A DNA stretch of 61,998 nt from Acidobacteriota bacterium (GCA_012521815.1 JAAYLR010000235.1:1-61998); one strand, 5' to 3'. Positions 46,989 to 57,400 are shown, numbered from the stretch's first letter. A program made the numbers and translations. Notes: generated by a model from the sequence alone, not told the origin.

Positions 46989-48041
46989 ATGCGCCGCCCG
47001 CTCGCGCTCGGCATCGAGACCTCCTGTGACGACACCGCCTGCGCGCTCGTCGCGGCCGACGGCCGCGTGCTCGCCTCGGTGGTCGCGAGCCAGCTCGCCG
47101 CCCACCGCCCCTACGGCGGGGTGGTGCCGGAGATCGCCTCCCGCGAGCACCTCCGCGCCTGGCCGGAGGTCTCGGCGGCGGCGTTCGCCCGCGCCGGCGT
47201 CTCCCTCGCCGAGGTCGACCTGGTGGCGGCGACGAAGGGCCCCGGGCTGATCGGCTCGCTCCTCGTCGGCCTCGCGGTGGGGCAGACGACCGCCTGGGCG
47301 CGAGGGCTGCCGTTCCACGGCGTCCACCATCTCGAAGGGCATCTCTTCTCCCCCTTCCTCCGGGAGGCGGGGGAGGCGGCCGAGGCCGCGCCGGCGGAGT
47401 TCGTCGGGCTCGTCGTCTCCGGCGGGCACACGGCGCTCTACGCGGTCGCCGACGGGCGGATCGAGCCGCTCGCCGAGACGCGCGACGACGCGATCGGCGA
47501 GGCGTTCGACAAGCTCGGCAAGCGGCTCGGCCTGCCGTACCCGCAGGGGCCGCGGGTCGACGAGCTCGCCGAGCGCGGGCAGGCGGAGGCCGCGCCGCTC
47601 ACGATCGCCGCGCCCGGGCGCGAGCTCTTCTTCTCCTACTCGGGCCTCAAGACCCAGGCGCTCGTCGCGCTCGGCCGGCTCGAGGAAAAAGGGGTGGCGA
47701 CCACGATCGCGGACGACGCGGAGCCGCCCGCCCCGGTGCTCGATCTCCTCGCCGGCTTCCGCGCCGCGGCGGTCGGCCAGCTCCTCGACCGGCTCGCGCG
47801 GCTCCACCGGCGGCGGCCGATCCCGCTGCTCGCGGTCTCGGGCGGGGTGGCCGCGAACCGCCTCCTGCGCCGCGCGCTCCCCGCCTGGTGCGCCGAGCGG
47901 GAGATCGCGCTGCGCCTGGTCCCCCTGCCCTACTGCGGCGACAACGCGGCGATGATCGCCTGGGCGGCCGAGCAGCGCCACGCCCGCGGCCTCGCCGACG
48001 ACCCCCTGGCGGCGAGCGCGGCGAGCCGCCTCGCGCTCTGA
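46989..48041 (+). CDS. tsaD: tRNA N6-adenosine threonylcarbamoyltransferase
   Basis: ATG at 46989. The sequence reads LGIETSCDDTA...YGGVVPEIASREH...GVHHLEGH...VSGGVAAN. Trimmed from track ORF 46941..48041. Confidence 0.9.
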   Translation: MRRPLALGIETSCDDTACALVAADGRVLASVVASQLAAHRPYGGVVPEIASREHLRAWPEVSAAAFARAGVSLAEVDLVAATKGPGLIGSLLVGLAVGQTTAWARGLPFHGVHHLEGHLFSPFLREAGEAAEAAPAEFVGLVVSGGHTALYAVADGRIEPLAETRDDAIGEAFDKLGKRLGLPYPQGPRVDELAERGQAEAAPLTIAAPGRELFFSYSGLKTQALVALGRLEEKGVATTIADDAEPPAPVLDLLAGFRAAAVGQLLDRLARLHRRRPIPLLAVSGGVAANRLLRRALPAWCAEREIALRLVPLPYCGDNAAMIAWAAEQRHARGLADDPLAASAASRLAL

Positions 48042-48046
48042 CGGAG

Positions 48047-48841
48047 GTGCCGTTGCCGGAACCGGAACGCCCCGCCCGCACGCTCACCGACCTGCTCTGG
48101 GTCCCGGTGAACCTCCTGCAGGTGACGGTGATCTCCCTCTGGACGGCGTTCTGGATCACCCTCGCGCTCCTCGTGACCCTCCTTTCCGGGAGCCGCCGCC
48201 CCTCGCTCTGGCTCGCCCGGAGGATCTGGGCGCCGGGGGTGCTCGCCCTCGACTGCCAGCGGCTCACGGTCACCGGGCGCGAACGGCTCGCCGGCCTCTC
48301 CGGCGCGCTCGTCGTCGCCAACCACACCTCGTACGTGGACATCCCGGTCCTCTTCGCCGCGATCCCCCGCCCGCTCCGCTTCGTCGCCAAGCGCGAGCTC
48401 GCGCGGATCCCGTTCCTCGGCCTCTACATCCGGGCGATGGGGATGGTCTTCCTCGACCGCCAGGCCCACCAGACGGCGCGGACGAGCATCGGCGAGGCGG
48501 CCGCGCTCGTGCGCTCAGGCGAGCTCGTCGTCACCTTCCCGGAAGGGACCCGCGGCCGCGACGGCGAGGTGCGCCCCTTCCGCCGCGGCGGCTTCGCCGC
48601 GGCCCTCGACGCCGGCGCGCCCGTGGTGCCGGTGGGCATCGACGGCTCCGGCAACGCCCTGCCCGCCCGCACCATCCGCGGCCGCCCCGGCCACATTCGG
48701 GTCACGATCGGCGAGCCGCTCCCGACCGCCCCCTTCGCCCCCGACGACCGCACCGCCCTCGCCGCCGCCGCCCAGGCCGCCGTCACCGCGCTCGTCACCG
48801 AGCTCCACGCCGCGGCGAAGACCCCGAAGGGCGGGGGCTGA
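48047..48841 (+). CDS. plsC: 1-acyl-sn-glycerol-3-phosphate acyltransferase
   Basis: It carries NHTSYVDI and FPEGTRG motifs. The start is GTG 48047 or TTG 48053, after GGAGG. Trimmed from track ORF 47888..48841. Confidence 0.8.
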   Translation: MPLPEPERPARTLTDLLWVPVNLLQVTVISLWTAFWITLALLVTLLSGSRRPSLWLARRIWAPGVLALDCQRLTVTGRERLAGLSGALVVANHTSYVDIPVLFAAIPRPLRFVAKRELARIPFLGLYIRAMGMVFLDRQAHQTARTSIGEAAALVRSGELVVTFPEGTRGRDGEVRPFRRGGFAAALDAGAPVVPVGIDGSGNALPARTIRGRPGHIRVTIGEPLPTAPFAPDDRTALAAAAQAAVTALVTELHAAAKTPKGGG

Positions 48842-49251
48842 GGCCGGGCGCGGCCACACGCGCCGCGGCCAGCTACAGGCTCACATCTGCCCGGCTTCCC
48901 GCGGCCGGAGGCGGCGACGCTCGCGATCTGAAGGAATCGAACCCCCGCGATACGATCCGCCCGACAGCTCTTTGCAGCCGCCGTCAACCCGCTGCGCGCC
49001 CCGCCGGCGGCCCGGTCCTCGCCGCCGCGGGGAAACGCCCAGCGCAACGATCGGATGAGGTAGTCCTTGGCCAGACGCAGGAAAGAGACGGGAAGAGCGA
49101 ACGCGACCGCGGCGAGAGTCGGTTCTGAAGGCGTCCAACGGCGGCTGACCGAGTACCTCGGCGGCGACCGACATTACTGGCGCTACTACGGACTGGCGGG
49201 AGCCTTTACGAGCCTCGCGCGCACAGACCGGCGGCGACAGGGGGGTGAGCG

Positions 49252-50805
49252 ATGATCACCGGCGAGATCAGGAATCAGATCGACCGCATCTGGGACTCCT
49301 TCTGGTCCGGCGGCATCTCGAACCCGCTCGAGGTGATCGAGCAGATCACCTACCTGCTCTTCATCCGCCGCCTCGACGACCTGCACACGCTCGAGGAGAA
49401 CAAGGCCAACCGCCTGACGAAGCCGATGGAGCGGCGGGTCTTCCCCGAAGGCAAGGATGCGAGGGGCCGGCCCTACGAGGACTTCCGCTGGTCGCGCTTC
49501 AAGCACTTCGCCCCGGCCGACATGTTCGCCGTCGTCGGCGAGCACGTCTTCCCGTATCTGCGCGCCGACCTCGCGCGCCAGCTCGGCAACGGCGACTCGA
49601 CCTACGCGCACCACATGAAGGACGCGCGCTTCACCATCCCGACGCCCTCCCTGCTCGCGAAGGTGGTGGACCTGCTCGACCAGGTGCCGATGGAGGAGCG
49701 CGACACCAAGGGCGATATCTACGAGTACATGCTGGCCAAGATCGCCACCGCCGGGCAGAACGGCCAGTTCCGCACGCCGCGCCAGATCATCCGGCTGATG
49801 GTCGAGCTGACGGCGCCCACCCCCACCGACGTGATCTGCGACCCGGCCTGCGGCACGGCGGGCTTTCTCGTAGCGGCGGGCGAGTACCTGCGCGAGCGGT
49901 ATCCGAACCTGCTGCACGACAGGAAGCAGAACGAGCACTTCCACCACCGGATGTTCCACGGCTTCGACTTCGACAACACGATGCTGCGCATCGGCAGCAT
50001 GAACATGCTGCTGCACGGCGTCGAGAGCCCGGACATCCGCTACCGCGACTCGCTGGCGCAGGACCACGCAGGGGAAGAGGAAAGCTACACGCTGGTGCTC
50101 GCCAATCCGCCGTTCGCGGGCAGCCTCGACTACGAGAACACCGCCAAGGACCTGCTCCAGATCGTCAAGACCAAGAAGACCGAGTTGCTCTTCCTCGCGC
50201 TCTTCCTGCGGCTCTTGAAGCCCGGTGGGCGCGCGGCCGTGATCGTGCCCGACGGCGTGCTGTTCGGCTCCAGCAAGGCGCACAAGGAGCTGCGCCGCAT
50301 TCTGGTGGAAGACCAGAAGCTCGACGCCGTGGTGTCGCTGCCCGGCGGCGTGTTCAAGCCGTACGCCGGCGTCTCGACCGCGATCCTCGTCTTCACCAGG
50401 ACCAACTCCGGCGGCACCGACTCCGTCTGGTTCTACGACGTGGAGGCCGACGGCTGGAGCCTCGACGACAAGCGCACGCCGCTGCTGGCCGAGGACAAGC
50501 TCGGCCCGGTGCCGAAGACGGCGCTCGCCGCGGACGAGCACCCGAAGAACAACCTGCCCGACGTACTCACCCGCTGGGCCGAACGCGAGGGCAGCGAGCG
50601 CGAGCGCCCGCGCACCGCGCAGAGCTTCTGCGTACCCAGGGCCGACATCGCAGCCAACGGCTACGACCTCTCACTCAACCGCTACAAGGAAGTTGTCCAC
50701 GAAGCCGTCGAGCACCGCCCGCCGAAGGAGATCCTCGCCGAACTGGCAAAGCTGGAGGAGGAGATCCAGCGGGGGATGAAGGAGCTGGAGGGGATGCTGG
50801 GGTGA
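49252..50805 (+). CDS. hsdM: Type I restriction-modification system, DNA methyltransferase subunit
   Basis: 517 aa. The HsdM_N-like N-terminus reads IWDSFWSGGISNP.EVIEQITYLLFIRRLD. Motif I is DPACGTAGFL and motif IV is LANPPFAG. Confidence 0.9.
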   Translation: MITGEIRNQIDRIWDSFWSGGISNPLEVIEQITYLLFIRRLDDLHTLEENKANRLTKPMERRVFPEGKDARGRPYEDFRWSRFKHFAPADMFAVVGEHVFPYLRADLARQLGNGDSTYAHHMKDARFTIPTPSLLAKVVDLLDQVPMEERDTKGDIYEYMLAKIATAGQNGQFRTPRQIIRLMVELTAPTPTDVICDPACGTAGFLVAAGEYLRERYPNLLHDRKQNEHFHHRMFHGFDFDNTMLRIGSMNMLLHGVESPDIRYRDSLAQDHAGEEESYTLVLANPPFAGSLDYENTAKDLLQIVKTKKTELLFLALFLRLLKPGGRAAVIVPDGVLFGSSKAHKELRRILVEDQKLDAVVSLPGGVFKPYAGVSTAILVFTRTNSGGTDSVWFYDVEADGWSLDDKRTPLLAEDKLGPVPKTALAADEHPKNNLPDVLTRWAEREGSERERPRTAQSFCVPRADIAANGYDLSLNRYKEVVHEAVEHRPPKEILAELAKLEEEIQRGMKELEGMLG

Positions 50806-51959
50806 ACGCCGTCCCGTTAGAAGCTGTGTTGGCGTCGTTGGAGAGCGGAGCACGCCCAGCGGGCGGCGCCTCGGTGGACTCGGGCGAGATTCCGAGTCTC
50901 GGCGGGGAACACTTGAACGCCGAGGGCGGATTCAACTTCACGTCTCTGAAACGAATCCCGCGCCCCTTTTTCGAGAGTATTCGAGGCGGGCGAATTGCGA
51001 GCCGTGACATCCTTGTTGTGAAGGACGGAGCCACGACTGGTAAGACGAGTTTCGTGGGTGAGGACTTTCCGTTTCATGAAGCGGCGGTCAACGAACATGT
51101 GTTCTGCCTGCGAGTCGATCAATCCAAGGCGTGCCCGGAGTACGTGTACCACTTTCTTCGCTCGCCTCACGGGCAGCGGTCAATTGCCCTGGACTTTCGT
51201 GGAGCAACTGTCGGCGGCATCTCCCGGGACTTTGCGAGAAAAGTCCGGCTGCCCCTCCCGCCCCTCCCCGAGCAGCGGCGCATTGCGGCGATCCTGGACA
51301 AGGCGGACGCGCTGCGGGCCAAGCGCCGCGCCGCCCTCGCGAAACTCGACACCCTCACCCAATCCATCTTCCTCGACATGTTCGGCGACCCCTTCGAGCA
51401 TCGAGGCGACAGCGTACCTTTGGGCGAGATGGCAGACGTCCTGATGGGTCAGTCACCACCGGGTGCCTCATACAACGTCGCGGGCGATGGAACTCCTCTC
51501 TTGAATGGGCCCACGGAGTTTGGTCCCCGTTACCCTCTCGAAAAGCAGTGGACGACGGAACCGACGCGACTCTGTGCTAAAGGGGACATCCTCTTCTGCG
51601 TCCGGGGTGCCACCGCTGGACGATTGAACCGCGCAGACAAGGTCTACTGCCTTGGGCGAGGCCTCGCCGCCATCCGGCCTCGATCTGGCGCTCCGGTCAG
51701 CGCTGAGTTTCTCTTCGCGGTGCTCGATCGGTACTACGACTACTTCCAAGTAAAGGGCGTGGGGAGCACGTTCATCAACATCAGTCGCCAAGAGCTTGAG
51801 TCACTACCAATACCTAGATCGCACCGTGCGCAGGCGGACGCACTCACTCGGCGAGTCGGTGCTGTAGAGAATGCCAAGGCGGCTCATGTCCAGAGCCTGT
51901 GTGCTCTAGAGTCTCTTTTCGCTTCACTCCAACACCGCGCCTTCCGGGGAGAGTTATGA
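50802..51959 (+). CDS. hsdS: Type I R-M specificity subunit (two target-recognition domains)
   Basis: GTG at 50802 overlaps the hsdM stop (GTGA). The central conserved helix reads [25 protein letters not shown] and the C-terminal helix reads ...[17 protein letters not shown]. The TRDs have the lowest GC in the window. Confidence 0.85.
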   Translation: MNAVPLEAVLASLESGARPAGGASVDSGEIPSLGGEHLNAEGGFNFTSLKRIPRPFFESIRGGRIASRDILVVKDGATTGKTSFVGEDFPFHEAAVNEHVFCLRVDQSKACPEYVYHFLRSPHGQRSIALDFRGATVGGISRDFARKVRLPLPPLPEQRRIAAILDKADALRAKRRAALAKLDTLTQSIFLDMFGDPFEHRGDSVPLGEMADVLMGQSPPGASYNVAGDGTPLLNGPTEFGPRYPLEKQWTTEPTRLCAKGDILFCVRGATAGRLNRADKVYCLGRGLAAIRPRSGAPVSAEFLFAVLDRYYDYFQVKGVGSTFINISRQELESLPIPRSHRAQADALTRRVGAVENAKAAHVQSLCALESLFASLQHRAFRGEL

Positions 51960-53035
51960 TGCCTTCCGACTTTCGCCATCCCCCTTCCTACTTTTCCCCG
52001 CGCTTCACCATCACCAACTCGATCACGGCGGCCCTCACGGCGATCGAGCGGGCGCGGGGGTTTCTGGAGGCGGCGACGCTGTCGGAGCAGTGGATCGAGC
52101 GCATGAGCCAGCGGGCGCTGCTCCTCGAAGCGCACCACACGACGCACATCGAGGGCACGCAGCTCACGCTCGACGAAGCGGCGCGGCTGTGGGCGGGCGA
52201 GACCGTCGAAGGTGCGAACCGCGACGACGTGCGCGAGCTGTTGAACTACCGTGATGCCTTCAACCTCGTGGCCGAATATCTCGGCAGCGGCGAGCCGATT
52301 ACCGAAGGGTTGATCCGTGAGATCCACAAGCGGCTGGTTGACGGCGTGCGCGGCGGTTCCGCCCAGCCCGGGCAGTACCGGTTGATCCAGAACTACGTCG
52401 CCAACCGCCGCACCCGCGAGATCATCTACACGCCGCCACCGCCCGAGCAGGTCCCGTCGTTGATGCGTGAGCTGGTCGAGTGGCTGCGCGCCGACGCCGG
52501 CATCCACCCCGTGCTCGTCGCCGGCATCGCGCAGTTCCAGCTCGTGCACATCCATCCGTTCGTGGACGGCAACGGCCGCACCTCGCGGCTGCTCTCGACC
52601 CTTTGCCTGTACCGCTCGGGCTACGACTTCAAGCGCCTGTTCACCCTGAGCGAGTTCTACGACCGCGACCGGTCGGCGTTCTACCGCGCCCTGCAGAGCG
52701 TGCGCGAGCAGGACATGAATCTGACCGGCTGGCTCGAGTTCTTCGTGCAGGGACTGGCCGTGCAGATGGACGAGGTCAAGGCGCGCGGCGAACGAGTGAT
52801 CCGGCGCGACGTGCTCGTGCGCGAGCATCGGCTGAACGAACGGCAGGCGCAGATCGTCGAGGTGCTCATGGGGCGGGATTCTGTGACCATTGAAGATACC
52901 AGGGCCGCGTTACCGCAAATTCCTCGACGCACCCTCCAACGTGATCTCCAGGTGCTGGTCGAAAAACGGATTGCGGTCGCTGAACGAGCCGGTAGAGCCA
53001 GGCGTTATCGCTTACGGGACAATGGTTTACGATGA
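51956..53035 (+). CDS. Fic-family protein (class II, internal inhibitory helix) with a C-terminal winged-helix-like region
   Basis: ATG at 51956 overlaps the hsdS stop (ATGA). The Fic motif is [12 protein letters not shown]. An upstream TTHIEG matches the [ST]xxxE[GN] auto-inhibition motif. Confidence 0.85.
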   Translation: MMPSDFRHPPSYFSPRFTITNSITAALTAIERARGFLEAATLSEQWIERMSQRALLLEAHHTTHIEGTQLTLDEAARLWAGETVEGANRDDVRELLNYRDAFNLVAEYLGSGEPITEGLIREIHKRLVDGVRGGSAQPGQYRLIQNYVANRRTREIIYTPPPPEQVPSLMRELVEWLRADAGIHPVLVAGIAQFQLVHIHPFVDGNGRTSRLLSTLCLYRSGYDFKRLFTLSEFYDRDRSAFYRALQSVREQDMNLTGWLEFFVQGLAVQMDEVKARGERVIRRDVLVREHRLNERQAQIVEVLMGRDSVTIEDTRAALPQIPRRTLQRDLQVLVEKRIAVAERAGRARRYRLRDNGLR

Positions 53036-53090
53036 ATTGCGCCAGAATCGCGCCACAAATCGCGCCAAATATGCGCCAGCGATTGCGCCG
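53036..53090. repeat. Five degenerate direct repeats containing GCGCC(A) at 11-12-bp spacing
   Basis: GCGCC starts at 53039, 53050, 53062, 53073 and 53085. The units are aattGCGCCAg, aatcGCGCCAc, aaatcGCGCCAa, atatGCGCCAg and cgattGCGCCGc. The array begins immediately after the fic stop. Confidence 0.7.
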
Positions 53091-53217
53091 CGGATCGTGT
53101 CCGGAGGTCGTACGACGCGGGGCGTGCTATGAGGCAGCCGGCCAGGCGGTGTTCCACAAGGCGCTGGTGACCGATGTGCCCGGGAATGCTCGCGCCGGGC
53201 ATCGGCCCCAGGCATCC

Positions 53218-53245
53218 TTGCATTTCTGGAGCGTAGCTCCATAAT
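53218..53245 (+). promoter_or_regulatory. Candidate sigma70-like promoter TTGCAT-16 nt-CATAAT, predicted to give a leaderless mRNA for the AAA ATPase gene
   Basis: TTGCAT is at 53218-53223 and CATAAT at 53240-53245. The ATG at 53253 lies 7 nt after the -10. There is no Shine-Dalgarno sequence upstream. Confidence 0.45.
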
Positions 53246-53252
53246 TGCATGG

Positions 53253-54419
53253 ATGATCCCTCGCCGGCTTCTCTCGACGCTCATGTCCGCCCTGGCCGAA
53301 GTTCCGGCGGTGGCGCTGCTGGGGCCGCGTCAGGCGGGCAAGACCACGCTGGCGCATGAAGTCGCCGGAACACGGCCGACGGTCTATCTCGATCTGGAGT
53401 CCGAAGCCGACCGCGCAAAGCTCTCCGAGCCTGAGCTCTACCTGGCGCAGCACGCGGACAAGCTGGTCATCCTCGACGAGATCCAGCGCACCCCGCAGCT
53501 CTTCCGGAGCCTCCGCGGGCTCATCGACAAAGGCCGCCGCAGCGGACACGGGACGGGCCGCTTCCTCGTCCTGGGCTCGGCGTCGATCGATCTGCTCAGG
53601 CAGTCGAGCGAGTCGCTCGCGGGACGCATCCGCTATCTGGAGCTCGGCCCGCTCGACGCGGGCGAGGTCGGTCAGGAACGCCTCGACGTACTCTGGCTGC
53701 GCGGGGGATTTCCCGAGAGTCTCCTGGCCGGTACCGATGCGGCGAGCCTGCGCTGGCGCACGGACTTCATCCGCACCTACCTCGAGCGCGACATCCCGCA
53801 ACTCGGACCGCGGATCCCGGCCGAGACGCTGCGCCGGCTCTGGACGATGCTCGCGCATCAGCAGGGTGGTCTGCTCAACGCGGCGGCGCTGGCTCGCGCG
53901 CTGGCCGTGGACGGCAAGACGGTCGCCGCGTATCTCGACCTGCTCGTGGACCTGCTTCTCGTGCGCCGCCTCACGCCCTGGCACGGCAACGTGCGCAAGC
54001 GTCTGGTCAAGTCGCCCAAGGTCTACATCCGCGACAGCGGGCTGGTGCACGCGTTGCTCGGGATCGCCGACCGCGAAGCGCTGCTGGCGCACCCGGCCGT
54101 GGGCGGGAGCTGGGAGGGCCTGGCCATCGAGTCGCTGATCGCCGCCGCGCCGAATGGCGCCGAGCCGCATTTCTTCCGCACGGCGGCCGGCGCGGAGATC
54201 GACCTGCTGCTGAAGCTCCCCGGCCATCGCAAGCCCTGGGCGATCGAGATCAAGCGCGGACTCGCGCCGAAGCTGGAGCGTGGCTTCCGCGTGGCCTGCG
54301 AAGCCGTTCGCCCGGAGCGGCGTCTCGTGGTCTATGGTGGTGTGGAACGTTTTCCGCTGGCGGAAGACGTGGAGACGGTCCCGCTCATCGAAATGTGCGA
54401 AGAGCTCTCTGCAGCATGA
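53253..54419 (+). CDS. AAA-type ATPase with a DUF4143-like C-terminal domain
   Basis: 388 aa. Walker A is LLGPRQAGKTTL and Walker B is KLVILDEIQ. The C-terminal part reads KSPKVYIRDSGLVHALLGI...E..IAA. Confidence 0.8.
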   Translation: MIPRRLLSTLMSALAEVPAVALLGPRQAGKTTLAHEVAGTRPTVYLDLESEADRAKLSEPELYLAQHADKLVILDEIQRTPQLFRSLRGLIDKGRRSGHGTGRFLVLGSASIDLLRQSSESLAGRIRYLELGPLDAGEVGQERLDVLWLRGGFPESLLAGTDAASLRWRTDFIRTYLERDIPQLGPRIPAETLRRLWTMLAHQQGGLLNAAALARALAVDGKTVAAYLDLLVDLLLVRRLTPWHGNVRKRLVKSPKVYIRDSGLVHALLGIADREALLAHPAVGGSWEGLAIESLIAAAPNGAEPHFFRTAAGAEIDLLLKLPGHRKPWAIEIKRGLAPKLERGFRVACEAVRPERRLVVYGGVERFPLAEDVETVPLIEMCEELSAA

Positions 54420-57400
54420 GCCAGTTCACCTTTCTCCAGCGCGAATGGGCCGCCGTCTTCGAGGCGGCGTCCAAAGCGGAAGGCGCCGTGCACGCCGATC
54501 CGCGCACCGCCTGCTTCTATGCCCGCCGGGCGCTGGAGTTGGCGGTGAGCTGGGCGTTCAAGCACGACGCTTCGCTCCGGCTGCCGTACCAGGACAACCT
54601 CTCGGCACTGATCCACGAGCCGAGCTTCAAGCAGACGGCCGGCGAGGCGGTGTTCAGCAAGGCGCGGGTGATCAACACGCTCGGCAACCGCGCGGTGCAC
54701 AGCCACCGGCCGGTGCCCGAGGCGGACGCCGTCGCGGCGGTCCGCGAGCTGTTCCATGTCGCCTACTGGTTCGCGCGCACCTACGGGCGTACGGGCCGGC
54801 CGGCGCCGGGCCTCGCCTTCGACCCGGCCGCGCTGCCGCGGCCCGCTCGGGCGGCGGCGCAGACCGCCGAGCAGCTGCAGGCGCTGGAAGCGCGCCTGCG
54901 CGAGAAAGGCGAAAGCCTCGCGGCGCTCCTCGCCGACAAGACCGCCCTCGACGAGGAGCTCACGCGCCTGCGCGCCGAGGTCGCGAAGGCGAAACAGGCG
55001 GCCGCGGCGCAGCCCGACACGCACGACTACTCCGAGGCCGAGACCCGCGACTACTTCATCGACCTGTTGCTCAAGGAGGCCGGCTGGCCGCTCGATCAGG
55101 CACGAGACCGGGAGTTCGAAGTCACCGGCATGCCGAACGCCGAAGGCAAGGGTTTCGTGGACTACGTGCTCTGGGGCGACGACGGCAAGCCGCTCGCTCT
55201 GGTGGAAGCCAAGCGCACGCGCCGCGACCCGCGGGCCGGGCAGCAGCAGGCCAAGCTCTATGCCGACTGCCTGGAGCGGCAGTTTGGCCGGCGGCCGGTG
55301 ATCTTCTACTCGAATGGTTACGAGCACTGGCTCTGGGACGACACGCGCTACCCGCCGCGCCGGGTGCAGGGGTTCTACAAGAGGGCGGAGCTGGAGCTTT
55401 TGATTCAACGGCGCGAGACACGTCGTCCGCTCGCCGAGGCGGCGATCAGCCCGACGATCGTCGAGCGCCACTACCAGACGCGCGCCATCCGCCGCATCGC
55501 CGAGGCGTTCGAGCGCGACCACGACCGCAAGGCGCTGCTCGTGATGGCCACCGGCGCCGGCAAGACGCGTACGGTGATCGCGCTCTGCGATCTGCTCATG
55601 CGCTGTAACTGGGCCAAGCGCGTGCTCTTCCTCGCCGACCGCGTGGCGCTCGTCAACCAGGCGGTGAACGCCTTCAAGCGCCATCTCCCGGACGCCTCCC
55701 CGGTGAACCTCGTCACCGAGAAGACGGCCGAGGGGCGCGTGTACGTCTCGACCTATCCGACGATGATGGGGCTGATCGACGAGATGTCCCAGGACCGCGC
55801 AGGGCGCGGTAGCGACGGCCAGCGCCGCTTCGGCGTGGGGCACTTCGACCTCGTGATCATCGACGAGGCGCACCGCTCGGTGTTCCAGAAGTACCGCGCC
55901 ATCTTCGACTACTTCGACTCGCTGCTCGTGGGCCTGACCGCGACGCCCAAGGACGAGGTGGATCGCAATACCTACCGACTGTTCGATCTCGAGGACGGCG
56001 TGCCCACCGACGCCTACTCGCTCGAGGAGGCCGTGCACGACGGCTTTCTCGTCCCTCCGCAGGCGGTCTCGGTGCCGCTCAAGTTCCAGCGCGAGGGGAT
56101 CAAGTACGACGAGCTGTCGGAAGAGGACAAGGAACAGTGGGACGCGCTGGAGTGGGACGACGAAGGAGACATTCCCGACCGGGTCGAAGCCGAGGCCGTC
56201 AACCGCTGGCTCTTCAACCAGGACACCGTGGACAAGGTGCTGGAGCACCTGATGAGGCGCGGCCAGAGGGTCGCGGGGGGCGACCGGCTGGGCAAGACCA
56301 TCATCTTCGCCAAGAACCAGCAGCACGCCGAGTTCATCGCCGAGCGCTTCGACGCGAACTACCCGCACCTGAAGGGCGCATTCGCGCGTGTCATCACCTT
56401 CAAGACCGAGTACGCGCAGAGCCTGATCGAAGACCTTTCCATCAAGGACAAGGCTCCACACATCGCGATCTCGGTGGACATGCTCGACACCGGCATTGAC
56501 ATCCCGGAGGTGGCGAACCTGGTCTTCTTCAAGCTGGTGCGTTCGAAGACCAAGTTCTGGCAGATGCTCGGGCGCGGCACCCGGCTCTGCCCGGATCTGT
56601 TCGGGCCGGGCAGGGACAAGGAGTTCTTCTACCTCTTCGACTACTGCCAGAACCTCGAGTACTTCAGCCAGGACATCCCGGGGACCGACGGCTACGCCGC
56701 CGAATCGCTCGCCAAGCGGCTCTTCGACGCGCGGCTGGAGCTGATCGTCGAGCTCGATCGGTGCGCGGAGCAGCCGCGGGACCGGCGGCCTCCGGAGCAG
56801 GCGGCGAGCCACGGCGATCCGGTGAACGAATCGGAGGTGCGGCGAGCCGTCGCTGAGCTGCTGCAGCGCGAGGTCGCGGCGATGAAGGTCGACAACTTCA
56901 TAGTGCGGCCTCACCGCCGTCTGGTCGAGATGTACGCTGACCTTGGGGCGTGGACCGCGCTGACGACGGATGCGATCGCCGAGCTGTCCCAGGAGGTTGC
57001 CGGACTCCCCACCGGGCTCGCTCCGGAAAGCGAGGAAGCCAGGTTTTTCGATCTGATCGTTTTGAAGCTGCAGCTCGCCATTCTTCGCTCTGAACCCACC
57101 TTCGGGCTGCAGGCTCGATTGAGAGAGATCGCCGGGCTCCTAGCGGAGAAGGACGCGATCCCGAGCGTGCGGGAACAGATGGCGCTCATCCAGGACGTGT
57201 TGACCGACGAGTGGTGGCAGGACGTCACGGTTCCGATGCTGGAGTCGATGCGACGTCGCTTGCGCGGGCTCGTCCACCTCATCGACAAGCGGCGACGCCG
57301 GCCCGTCTACACCGATTTCGAGGATTCGATCGGGCAGGAGACCCATTTCACGCTGTCGGGTAGCGCCGTTGGCATCGATCAGACCAGGTTCATCGCCAAG

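Noticed and set aside
48921-49010. A functional tRNA gene might lie on the minus strand, given its GGTTCGATTCC T-loop.
   Set aside because: The acceptor strands do not pair (3' AGATCGC versus the required 5' GCGATCT, which is absent). The best anticodon hairpin has a 6-nt loop and no D-arm is present. I kept it only as a possible tRNA-derived remnant in the findings.
49067-49255. A 62-aa ORF ending in an ATGA overlap with hsdM could be a real small gene.
   Set aside because: It uses a TTG start without an RBS, is rich in rare A/T-ending codons (aga, agg, gga, cga, caa, tct, ttt) and has a basic low-information sequence. I cannot support it as coding without homologues, so it is mentioned only as a check under the junction finding.
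53032-53244. There is a 70-aa ORF ([18 protein letters not shown]...) in the fic-ATPase spacer, and antisense ORFs 53005..53250 and 53027..53284.
   Set aside because: The peptide periodicity simply mirrors the GCGCC DNA repeats. There is no RBS, and the ORFs overlap the predicted promoter. It is more parsimonious to treat the spacer as a regulatory region.
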